From an uncultured Rhodobacterales bacterium (GTDB lineage Bacteria; Pseudomonadota; Alphaproteobacteria; Rhodobacterales; Rhodobacteraceae): a stretch of DNA of 64,000 nucleotides. The first letter of the stretch is position 1. Each line of letters begins with the position of its first letter. Shown piece after piece: positions 18,507-26,532 of the stretch. The DNA lies in NCBI GenBank assembly GCA_903845215.1, contig CAIMWI010000010.1, positions 30,141-94,140 of the forward strand, read 5' to 3'. The notes below the pieces were generated by a model. That model saw nothing but the letters and a program-made list of their open reading frames with translations, did not search any database and was not told where the DNA came from. The position numbers and the translations under genes are program-made.

Positions 18507-18553
18507 CAACTGTAAATAATAATGAAGGCTGTTTTTTGTGCGTCGCCCCCCCC

Positions 18554-18964
18554 CTACTCCTGCACCGTCTTCAAATACTCTGCAATCTCCACCAATCTTA
18601 ACGGCGTGGGCGTCAAGATCCCGTCGCCGGTATCCACCAGCACCGTTGGCCCCTCCATCAAGGGCGCAAACTTGGGCATCAGGGCGGAAGGGGCCTCTCC
18701 ATGGCTATAGCCCCAGATTTTTGACATCACATAGGCCATGGGGAACACCCCGCCATGGCGTGAGGATAGGCCCGTCAGGTCAGCGGGGGGGTGGGCAAGG
18801 CTTTTGGCCAGCTCGCCGTCACCCTTCGCACTACCCCCGTGGCATGGCGCGCAAAGTTCGGTGAAATCGGCTTTACCCGAACTGGGCGGCGTGGGCGCTT
18901 GGCCCGGCACGCAGGCGGCCAAAATCAGCAGGGCGGGCAGCAGATGGGGGGCGCGCATTGGCAT
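18554..18964 (-). CDS. c-type cytochrome lipoprotein
   Basis: Start set at ATG 18964, which gives a signal peptide plus lipobox (LLILAAC). Single heme motif CAPCH. Confidence 0.75.
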   Translation of the reverse strand: MPMRAPHLLPALLILAACVPGQAPTPPSSGKADFTELCAPCHGGSAKGDGELAKSLAHPPADLTGLSSRHGGVFPMAYVMSKIWGYSHGEAPSALMPKFAPLMEGPTVLVDTGDGILTPTPLRLVEIAEYLKTVQE

Positions 18965-19040
18965 TCCTTTGTCAGTTTGCGCCAGACTACACCTGTGGCT
19001 GGGTGTTGAAAACCTGTCGTGCGGCAAAACTATTCGCGGG

Positions 19041-19712
19041 TCAGACGATCTGCCCGTTTTGCAACCGTACCACGCGGTCCATCCGTGCGGCCAAATCCAT
19101 GTTATGGGTGGCGATCAGCGCCGAAAGCCCCGTTTCGCGCACGATTTGCATCAGCACATCAAAGACTTGGGCCGCATTGGCGGGATCAAGATTTCCCGTG
19201 GGTTCATCGGCCAAAAGCAGTTTGGGGCGATTGGCCAAGGCGCGGCAAAAGGCGACGCGCTGTTGCTCGCCGCCCGACAGGGCCGCAGGGCGGTGACTTG
19301 CGCGGGCCAGAACGCCGACGCGGGCCAACAGGTCGCGGGCGCGCGCCTCGGCCTCAGGCTTGGGGATGCCTTGGGCCAGTTGCGGCAGGGTGATGTTTTC
19401 CAGCGCAGAAAATTCCGGCAGCAGGTGGTGGAACTGGTAGATAAACCCCACCTCGGCGCGGCGCGCCTCGGTTCGGGCGCGGTCGTTCAGGCCGGTCATT
19501 TGGCGGGCGCCGTAGTGCACGCTGCCCGCATCGGCCACATCCAAAAGGCCCGCGATCTGCAGCAAGGTTGATTTGCCAGCGCCCGAGGGGGCGACAAGGG
19601 CCACGACCTCTCCGGCCGCCACAGTGATACTCGCGCCGCGCAGCACCACGACCTCGCCCGCTTTGCCACGATTATAGGCTTTTTCAATGCCTTGCAGGGT
19701 TAAGCTATTCAT
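19041..19712 (-). CDS. lolD: lipoprotein-releasing ABC transporter ATP-binding protein LolD
   Basis: Walker A APSGAGKST, signature LSGGEQQRVAFCRAL and Walker B LLLADEPTGNLD. Overlaps the upstream LolC/E-type permease. Confidence 0.9.
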   Translation of the reverse strand: MNSLTLQGIEKAYNRGKAGEVVVLRGASITVAAGEVVALVAPSGAGKSTLLQIAGLLDVADAGSVHYGARQMTGLNDRARTEARRAEVGFIYQFHHLLPEFSALENITLPQLAQGIPKPEAEARARDLLARVGVLARASHRPAALSGGEQQRVAFCRALANRPKLLLADEPTGNLDPANAAQVFDVLMQIVRETGLSALIATHNMDLAARMDRVVRLQNGQIV

Positions 19713-20985
19713 AGCGCAGCGCCTCGACCGGGTTCATGCGGGCGGCTTTGCGCGCGGGGATCAGGGTGATGACGAAAGACAGGCCCAACGACAGCGCCAT
19801 GGCCGACCCCACATCTCGCCCCTGAAGTTTGGAGGGAAGGGTGTAGATGCCCCGGATCGAAGGATCCCAAACACCCCCCCCCGCCCAATAGTTCACAAAG
19901 GAAAAGATCGGGTCGATGTACAGCGCAAACAGGCACCCTAGCGCCACGCCCATGCCCGTGCCGATCACACCTGTGAAGGATCCGCACAGGAAAAACACCC
20001 GCAGGATCGACCCCTCTGTCAGGCCCATGGTGCGCAAGATGCCAATGTCGCGGCCCTTGTTTTTCACCAGCATAATAAGACCAGAGACGATGTTCATCGT
20101 GGCGATCAGCACAAGGATCGACAAGATGATGAACATCACATTGTCCTCGACCGACAGCGCGCGCAAGAAAGCGCCAGAGCTTTGCTTCCATGTCCACAGC
20201 ATGGAAGCCGGCCCACCTGCCGCCATCAACGCATCGGCATAGATGTCAACGGCATCAGGGTCTTTGACCATGACCTCGTATTCATCCAAGCGCCCCTCGC
20301 GGTTAAAAAAGCTTTGCGCTTCGGCCAGGGGCAGATAAAGTCGCACCTTGTCAATGTCATAGCGGCCAGCGGTGAAGATGTATTCCACCGTATAGGCCTT
20401 GATCCTTGGGCTGGTTCCGAAGGCCGATTTCACGCCAGAAGGCGCGATCAAGCGGACCCTGTCGCCCACTGTCACGCCCAGCTCCCGCGCCATTTCCGAC
20501 CCCATAGCCAAGCCTTGCGGATAGTTGGCCAAGTTCCCCTGCCCCAGATTGCCCGCCCCGATGCGCGGCAGGCTGGCCAGATCGTCCAGCGTCATGCCGT
20601 AAACATCGCCGCCGGTGCTTTGATCAAAGGCCGTCACCATCACTTGGCCGCGCACCAAGGGGGCAACACGGGTCACGCCGGGCACGGCACGCAGGTTTTC
20701 TAGCGTTGCGGCTTGATCGGCAAAGCCTTTGATCAGGCGTCCGTTCTGATCGGCATAGCCCGCGGAATAGACCGTGACATGGGCATTGGCGCCCAAAATC
20801 GTGTCGACAAACTCGGCCCGAAACCCTGCGCGCACCGCCAAGGTGGCAATCAGCGCAAAGACCGCCAAGGTGATGCCCACAAGGCTGATCCATGTCATGA
20901 CAGAAACGCCCCCTTCGGCGCGGCGGGCACGCAAGTAGCGCCACGCGATCATGAATTCGAAGGGCGCAAAGGGGCGGGTTGACAA
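19705..20985 (-). CDS. lipoprotein-releasing ABC transporter permease (LolC/LolE family, FtsX-like)
   Basis: 426 aa. N-terminus FEFMIAWRYLRARR, a large periplasmic loop, and a C-terminal FtsX/MacB-type 3-TM bundle. Confidence 0.9.
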   Translation of the reverse strand: MSTRPFAPFEFMIAWRYLRARRAEGGVSVMTWISLVGITLAVFALIATLAVRAGFRAEFVDTILGANAHVTVYSAGYADQNGRLIKGFADQAATLENLRAVPGVTRVAPLVRGQVMVTAFDQSTGGDVYGMTLDDLASLPRIGAGNLGQGNLANYPQGLAMGSEMARELGVTVGDRVRLIAPSGVKSAFGTSPRIKAYTVEYIFTAGRYDIDKVRLYLPLAEAQSFFNREGRLDEYEVMVKDPDAVDIYADALMAAGGPASMLWTWKQSSGAFLRALSVEDNVMFIILSILVLIATMNIVSGLIMLVKNKGRDIGILRTMGLTEGSILRVFFLCGSFTGVIGTGMGVALGCLFALYIDPIFSFVNYWAGGGVWDPSIRGIYTLPSKLQGRDVGSAMALSLGLSFVITLIPARKAARMNPVEALRYE

Positions 20986-21070
20986 GGATAAGGTCTTTCC
21001 AAAATGCCAAGTGTTGCACGACCATGCGGGTGCCGCACGCGCACGTCAAGCCACGAAGCCGTCAATTCGG

Positions 21071-21289
21071 TTAGCGGGTCTTGCCCTTCAGCAGCGCGAA
21101 AATCGCCATGGCATGGCCGTGGCCAAGGCCGAAATCGGCCTTAAGCCAGTCGGTGATCTGGGTGGCTTTGACATTGGGGGCAATTCCATCGGGGCCAGCA
21201 AAGCCTTTTTCGGCGGCCATCGCTTTAAAATCAGACGGGCTTTTGCCGGTCTTGGCTTGGATATTGTCCAGATAGGCCTGAAAGCTCAT
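21071..21289 (-). CDS. DUF4287 domain-containing small protein
   Basis: 72-aa product from ATG 21289. The sequence MSFQAYLDNIQAKTGKSPSDF...WLKADFGLGHGHAMAI matches DUF4287 as I remember it. Confidence 0.7.
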   Translation of the reverse strand: MSFQAYLDNIQAKTGKSPSDFKAMAAEKGFAGPDGIAPNVKATQITDWLKADFGLGHGHAMAIFALLKGKTR

Positions 21290-21300
21290 TCGGCTTACCC

Positions 21301-21957
21301 CTAACGTGCGGCCCAAAGCATGCCGCGCCGGATCATTTCGCGCGGGGCACCGTGGTCGATCACATTGGCTTGGTGGCCCAAAGCGTTGTAGTAAACGCGG
21401 CCCTTGCCCCATAGTTTGGTGAAACCGACGGGCATGGCCACGGGGCCATTGGGCGCATGGGGGCCATCGACCACCGGAAAATCGCAAACCGCGTGAACCT
21501 TTACGGCCGGATCGACGTGCAGGTAATATTGCTCGGTTTTCACATCAAAGTCGCCGATCCCCGCCACCAAAGGGTTAGACGGGTCTGTGATGCGCACGCG
21601 GTATTCCACCCCGTCATTGCCCGGATGCGCCACCCATTGCGCACCCGTCATGAACTGCCAAACCACGTCGTTGCGAAAGGCGTCGCACATCCCGCCGTGG
21701 CACCCTGCCAGCCCCACACCTGATTCCACGGCATCGGCCACCGCTTGGCTGCGTTCTTTTTCAATCGTGCTCATCGTCCAAACGGGCACGATCAAGTCTA
21801 GGGTTTTCAGCGCCGCGGCGTCGTCAAAACACGCCAAGCTGTCGGTGACATCTACCGCAAAACCCGCCTCGCGCAGGTCGGCGGCGAAAAGTGCTGCGAC
21901 CTTGTCGGGCTGGTGCCCGTCCCAACCGCCCCAAGTGATCAATGCCCGTTTTGCCAT
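21301..21957 (-). CDS. ThuA-domain (class I glutamine-amidotransferase-like) protein
   Basis: 218 aa. The pattern ALITWGGWDGH...LIVPVWTM...GCHGG resembles ThuA-like trehalose-utilisation proteins. Confidence 0.65.
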   Translation of the reverse strand: MAKRALITWGGWDGHQPDKVAALFAADLREAGFAVDVTDSLACFDDAAALKTLDLIVPVWTMSTIEKERSQAVADAVESGVGLAGCHGGMCDAFRNDVVWQFMTGAQWVAHPGNDGVEYRVRITDPSNPLVAGIGDFDVKTEQYYLHVDPAVKVHAVCDFPVVDGPHAPNGPVAMPVGFTKLWGKGRVYYNALGHQANVIDHGAPREMIRRGMLWAAR

Positions 21958-22030
21958 ACCAGCCTCCTGCGCTTTTTACGCTACTTGACCCAAATTCTTG
22001 CGACAGCGCAAGACAATCCCGCTCTATTTG

Positions 22031-22083
22031 CCCTTTGCCCATATACTCCACGGGAGGTCCGGAGGGTGTGAAACCCTCCGGTC
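22031..22083 (+). repeat. G-run/C-run hairpin repeat (REP-like), TGTGAAA-loop variant
   Basis: CCCTTTGCCCATATACTCCACGGGAGGTCCGGAGGGTGTGAAACCCTCCGG. It has the same architecture and identical loop as 32962-33017, with compensatory stem changes. Confidence 0.6.
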
Positions 22084-22088
22084 CGGCG

Positions 22089-23078
22089 TTAGAATTTTTG
22101 CGCTGATGCTGGCTTGTTGGCGACAATCGCCTCGATCGCCGCCAAGACATCCTCGGTCAGCTTGGCCTTTTGCGTCAAAGCCGCGAGATTGTCGGTCAAC
22201 TGGCTGATGCGCGAAGCGCCCAAGATCACGGTCGAGACTCGGCGGTTGTGCAAACACCACAACAGCGACATGTTGGTCAGGCTTAGCCCTGCGCCTTCGG
22301 CCACCTTGGCCAAGGCGCGCGCCTTTTCGATCTTGGCTCGCCCATCTTCCGAGGTGAAATTGTCGCGCAGCCATTCGTAGCCGGCCAAATTGGCCCGCGC
22401 ATCATTGGGGATGCCGTTGTTGTATTTGCCCGTCAGCAAACCTGACGCCAGCGGTGACCAGATCGTGGTGCCCAACCCGTAGGTGTCATAGATCGGTGCG
22501 TAATCGGATTCGACCTTGTGGCGTTCAAACAGGTTGTATTGCGGCTGTTCCATTGTGGGCGGTGTCAGATTGCAGCGCGCGGCCACGGCATGGGCCTCGG
22601 TGATCTGCTGGCCCGACCATTCCGAAGTGCCCCAGTACAAAACCTTGCCCTGCACCACCAGATTGTGCATGGCGCGCACGGTTTCTTCGATGGGGGTGTC
22701 GATATCGGGGCGGTGGCAGAAATACAGATCCAGATGGTCTACCCGCAAGCGTTTCAAAGCGGCGTGGCAGGCCTCGGTCACGTGTTTGGCCGATAGGCCG
22801 CGTTGGGTGGGCTTAGCGCCGCCCCAAAACACCTTGGAGGAGACGATATAGCTGTCGCGGCTCCATCCCAGTTCCTCGATCGCTTGGCCCATCACCAGTT
22901 CGGATCGGCCCTGTTCATAGCCTTCGGCATTGTCAAAAAAGTTGATCCCCGCGTCATAGGCGGCGGTCAGCATTTCTTTGGCGGGGGCCAGATCGACCTG
23001 TTTGGCAAAGGTCACCCAAGACCCATAGGAAAATTCCGAAACCTGCAGGCCCGATTTGCCCAAACGGCGATAGTCCAT
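22089..23078 (-). CDS. aldo/keto reductase (Kv-beta/Tas-like subfamily)
   Basis: 329 aa. N-terminus MDYRRLGKSGLQVSEFSYGSW, plus the DNAEGY and HRPD motifs. Confidence 0.9.
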   Translation of the reverse strand: MDYRRLGKSGLQVSEFSYGSWVTFAKQVDLAPAKEMLTAAYDAGINFFDNAEGYEQGRSELVMGQAIEELGWSRDSYIVSSKVFWGGAKPTQRGLSAKHVTEACHAALKRLRVDHLDLYFCHRPDIDTPIEETVRAMHNLVVQGKVLYWGTSEWSGQQITEAHAVAARCNLTPPTMEQPQYNLFERHKVESDYAPIYDTYGLGTTIWSPLASGLLTGKYNNGIPNDARANLAGYEWLRDNFTSEDGRAKIEKARALAKVAEGAGLSLTNMSLLWCLHNRRVSTVILGASRISQLTDNLAALTQKAKLTEDVLAAIEAIVANKPASAQKF

Positions 23079-23162
23079 GATGCGCTCCCTGAATTCTATG
23101 CGCAGAACCTAAGGCCTGTGGGGCCAGTTTGCCAGTCTGATTTGGCCTTTGGGTGAAGATGC

Positions 23163-23198
23163 CGAAAGCAAAACAGCCCCGAACCTGCTGGTCGGGGC
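23163..23198 (-). terminator. rho-independent terminator of proS
   Basis: The minus strand reads GCCCCGA-CCAGCAGGT-TCGGGGC followed by TGTTTTGCTTT. It begins about 22 nt after the proS stop. Confidence 0.7.
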
Positions 23199-23220
23199 CG
23201 TCTGGAAAAAACGCTTTACG

Positions 23221-24558
23221 TCAGATGCCAGCGTAAATCTCGGCCAGTTTGGCCACGGCATCCTCGGGCGTCATCTCGACCGACACGCCTGTGCGGCGCG
23301 AGGTCAGTTCAACCACCCCGTTGGCCAAGCCGCGCGGGCCAACCGTGATGCGCCACGGCAGGCCGATCAGGTCCATCGTGGCGAATTTTGCGCCAGCGCG
23401 TTCGTCGCGGTCGTCGTACAGCGGTTCCAACCCCTTGGCGAGCAGGGCCTTTTCCAAGGCAGCACAGGCGGCATCGGCGGCCGCATCGCCTTGCTTAAGG
23501 TTCACGATCCCAACGGGGAAAGGTGTCACCCCTTCGGGCCAGATGATGCCCTTGTCGTCATGGCTGGCTTCGATGATCGCCCCCAGCAGGCGCGACACGC
23601 CGATGCCGTGGCTGCCCATTTCAACGGCAACCTTTTCGCCCTTATCGTTGACGACACTGGCCCCCATAGCTTCGGAATATTTGGTGCCAAAGTAGAAAAT
23701 CTGCCCCACCTCAATGCCGCGCCCGACCTTACGGCGCTCTTCGGGGATGGCGTCGAACAAGGTCGCGTCATGGGTTTCATCGGTGCGCGCATAAAGCGTG
23801 GTGAATTCCCCACACACCTCTGCCACAGCGGCGCGGTCGTCGTAATCGACCTCGCGCGCGCCCAGTTTCAGATCGATCACGGCGGAATCGTAAAACACTT
23901 CCGATTCGCCAGTTGTCGCCAGCACCAAAAACTCATGCGTGTTATCGCCGCCAATCGGGCCAGAAGCGGCGCGCATCGGAATGGCCGTCAGGCCCATGCG
24001 TTCATAAGTGCGCAGATAGCTGACCATGTGGCGGTTGTAGGCGTGCAGGGCAGCGTCTTTGTCGATGTCGAAATTATAGCCGTCTTTCATCAAGAACTCG
24101 CGGCCGCGCATCACACCGAACCGAGGGCGCATCTCGTCCCTGAATTTCCACTGAATGTGGTACAGCGTCAGCGGCAAGTCTTTGTACGAATTGACATGCG
24201 AGCGGAAGATATCCGTCACCATCTCTTCATTGGTGGGGCCGTACAGCATCTCGCGGCCCTGACGGTCTTTGATGCGCAGCATTTCTTGGCCGTAATCGTC
24301 ATAGCGGCCAGATTCGCGCCACAGATCCGCCGGTTGCAGCGTGGGCATCAGCAAGGGAATATGGCCTGCGCGGGCCTGTTCTTCATGCACGATGGTTTGA
24401 ATGCGGTTGAGCACCCGCAGCCCCAAGGGCAGCCACGAATAAATCCCCGCGGTCTGCTGCTTGATCATACCAGCACGCAGCATATAGCGATGCGAGACGA
24501 TCTGCGCCTCGGCGGGGTTTTCCTTTAAGACGGGCAGAAAGTAGCGCGACAAACGCAT
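23221..24558 (-). CDS. proS: proline--tRNA ligase (short alphaproteobacterial type)
   Basis: Start at ATG 24558 gives [32 protein letters not shown]. Class II motifs are present. Length is about 445 aa. Confidence 0.95.
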   Translation of the reverse strand: MRLSRYFLPVLKENPAEAQIVSHRYMLRAGMIKQQTAGIYSWLPLGLRVLNRIQTIVHEEQARAGHIPLLMPTLQPADLWRESGRYDDYGQEMLRIKDRQGREMLYGPTNEEMVTDIFRSHVNSYKDLPLTLYHIQWKFRDEMRPRFGVMRGREFLMKDGYNFDIDKDAALHAYNRHMVSYLRTYERMGLTAIPMRAASGPIGGDNTHEFLVLATTGESEVFYDSAVIDLKLGAREVDYDDRAAVAEVCGEFTTLYARTDETHDATLFDAIPEERRKVGRGIEVGQIFYFGTKYSEAMGASVVNDKGEKVAVEMGSHGIGVSRLLGAIIEASHDDKGIIWPEGVTPFPVGIVNLKQGDAAADAACAALEKALLAKGLEPLYDDRDERAGAKFATMDLIGLPWRITVGPRGLANGVVELTSRRTGVSVEMTPEDAVAKLAEIYAGI

Positions 24559-24751
24559 ATTGGGCCTCTTGCTAATGGTCTTGCTGTTCCTAACGGGTTG
24601 CACCCCCCCTCGCAAGCGGGCGGGTGCACTTGGTACGATCTGGGGCGATTTTGTCTTAAAAACCTGATAGGTCGGGTGTCAAAGTCCTGCCGAAACCTTG
24701 CAACCCCAGACATCATGGGCAATATCAAACCCGATAGTAGGAGTGACGCGC

Positions 24752-25825
24752 GTGTCAAATCAAATTCAAGGTCGGTATTGGATGATTGCCGCCCTGCTGT
24801 TCTTTGTGGCCCTGTGGTATTTGGGATCGGTTCTGCTGCCCTTTTTGGTGGGCGGCGCTGTGGCGTATTTTCTGGATCCGGTGGCCGACCGCTTGGAACG
24901 CTGGGGCCTGTCGCGCGCCTTGGCAACCTTGGTGATTTCGGTCGCAGCCTTTGTGCTGCTGGTGTTGATCGTCTTGGCCCTGATTCCGGTTTTGATGCAG
25001 CAGTTGACCTCATTGATCAATGCCGCACCGACCCTCGTATCAGAGTTTCAGGCCTTTTTGATCACCCGCTTTCCCGAGTTAAGCGACAACACCTCGGTCA
25101 TGCGCACCACGCTTGATCAGATAGCCCAAGCCATTCAGGCGCGCGGCGCCACTTTGGCGCAGGGCCTTGTCTCGTCGGTCTTTGGGGTCATGGGGTGGCT
25201 GATCTTCATCGTGGTCGTGCCTGTCGTAGCCTTTTATCTGCTGATGGATTGGGACAAGTTGGTTGCGCGCGTTGATGATTTGCTGCCGCGCGATCATGCC
25301 CCGGTGGTGCGCAAACTTGCCCAAGAGATTGACCGCGCCCTTGCAGGCTTTGTGCGCGGCCAAGTTTCGGTTTGCCTGACCTTGGGGGCCTATTATGCGG
25401 CAGGTTTGATGATGGCCGGCTTGCAATTCGGTCTGGTGATTGGCGCCATCGCCGGGGCCATGACGGTGATCCCTTATATCGGCGCATTGGTGGGCGGGGC
25501 CTTGGCGATTGGTTTTGCCTTTTATCAGTTTTGGGGAGATTGGATGGCGATTGGCATTGTCGCCGCCGTCTTTGGCTTTGGCCAGTTTATGGAAGGCAAC
25601 GTGCTGACCCCGCGCCTTGTGGGCAAATCGGTCGGGCTGCATCCGGTTTGGCTGATGTTTGCGCTGTCGTTGTTTGGCGGGCTGTTTGGTATTGCGGGGA
25701 TGCTGGTTGCGGTGCCTATTTCGGCGGCGGTGGGGGTTTTGATGCGCTTTGCCATTGGGCAATACCAAGACAGCCTTTTGTACCGCGGCCACAGCGACCC
25801 ATCGCAAGATAAGGGCCAAGGGTGA
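24752..25825 (+). CDS. AI-2E family transporter (PerM-like)
   Basis: Multi-TM ORF with a typical C-terminal GLFGIAGMLVAVPI block. GTG 24752 was chosen because AGGAG (24739-24743) lies 8 nt upstream; the track start at 24698 is a TTG. Confidence 0.8.
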   Translation: MSNQIQGRYWMIAALLFFVALWYLGSVLLPFLVGGAVAYFLDPVADRLERWGLSRALATLVISVAAFVLLVLIVLALIPVLMQQLTSLINAAPTLVSEFQAFLITRFPELSDNTSVMRTTLDQIAQAIQARGATLAQGLVSSVFGVMGWLIFIVVVPVVAFYLLMDWDKLVARVDDLLPRDHAPVVRKLAQEIDRALAGFVRGQVSVCLTLGAYYAAGLMMAGLQFGLVIGAIAGAMTVIPYIGALVGGALAIGFAFYQFWGDWMAIGIVAAVFGFGQFMEGNVLTPRLVGKSVGLHPVWLMFALSLFGGLFGIAGMLVAVPISAAVGVLMRFAIGQYQDSLLYRGHSDPSQDKGQG

Positions 25826-26490
25826 GCGGACAATTGACCTTTGATCTGCCGCTGACCCAAGCTTGGCAGCGCGATGCCTTTTTGGTGACCCCTGCCACCG
25901 CAACCGCCTTAGCGGCGATCGACAGTTGGAAAACATGGAACGGCGGGCGGTTGCTGCTGGTGGGCCCGTCTGGTGCGGGAAAGACGCATCTGGCGCATAT
26001 TTGGGCCGATATGGCCCAAGCCTTGTGGGTTAAACCCGCCGACCTGACCGCACAATTGCCCCAAATTGCGCCGAACGCCCGTGTAATCCTTGACGATGCG
26101 CAGGATGTGGCGGGCCGCGCAGAAGAGGCGCTGTTTCATCTGTACAACCGCCTTGGCCCCCAAGGCCACCTGCTGCTGACATCCCACATGGCACCGCGCG
26201 ATTGGGGGCTGACCCTGCCCGATCTGCTGTCGCGCCTGCAAGCGATGCCAATCGCGCGTCTAGAACCGCCCGATGACGCGCTTTTGGCGGGCGTCTTGGT
26301 CAAGCTGTTTGCCGACCGCCAGATCACCGCCGAGGCGCGGCTGATCCCCTATCTTTTGGCCCGCATGGAACGCTCTATCGCTGCGGCGCAGGCTTTGGTG
26401 ATGGCGCTAGATGCCAAATCACTTGCAACCCACCGCCCCGTCACCCGCGCCCTTGCCGCCGAGGTGCTGGACAGCGCACCATCACAATGA
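25822..26490 (+). CDS. hdaA: DnaA-related regulatory inactivator HdaA
   Basis: 222 aa. N-terminal QLTFDLP clamp-binding-like motif and Walker A GPSGAGKTHLAHIW. Its GTG start overlaps the upstream stop. Confidence 0.8.
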   Translation: MSGQLTFDLPLTQAWQRDAFLVTPATATALAAIDSWKTWNGGRLLLVGPSGAGKTHLAHIWADMAQALWVKPADLTAQLPQIAPNARVILDDAQDVAGRAEEALFHLYNRLGPQGHLLLTSHMAPRDWGLTLPDLLSRLQAMPIARLEPPDDALLAGVLVKLFADRQITAEARLIPYLLARMERSIAAAQALVMALDAKSLATHRPVTRALAAEVLDSAPSQ

Positions 26491-26532
26491 AACACGCCAC
26501 GCTTGGCAAGCTTGAAATGCCTTGGATATAAA

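Noticed and set aside
23149-24528. 459-aa plus-strand ORF
   Set aside because: It is antisense to proS, whose identity is unambiguous. The product has a GC-artefact composition and no motifs.
25079-25936. 285-aa minus-strand ORF
   Set aside because: It is antisense to the AI-2E transporter/hdaA junction and is extremely Arg/His/Gln-rich, so it is a shadow ORF.
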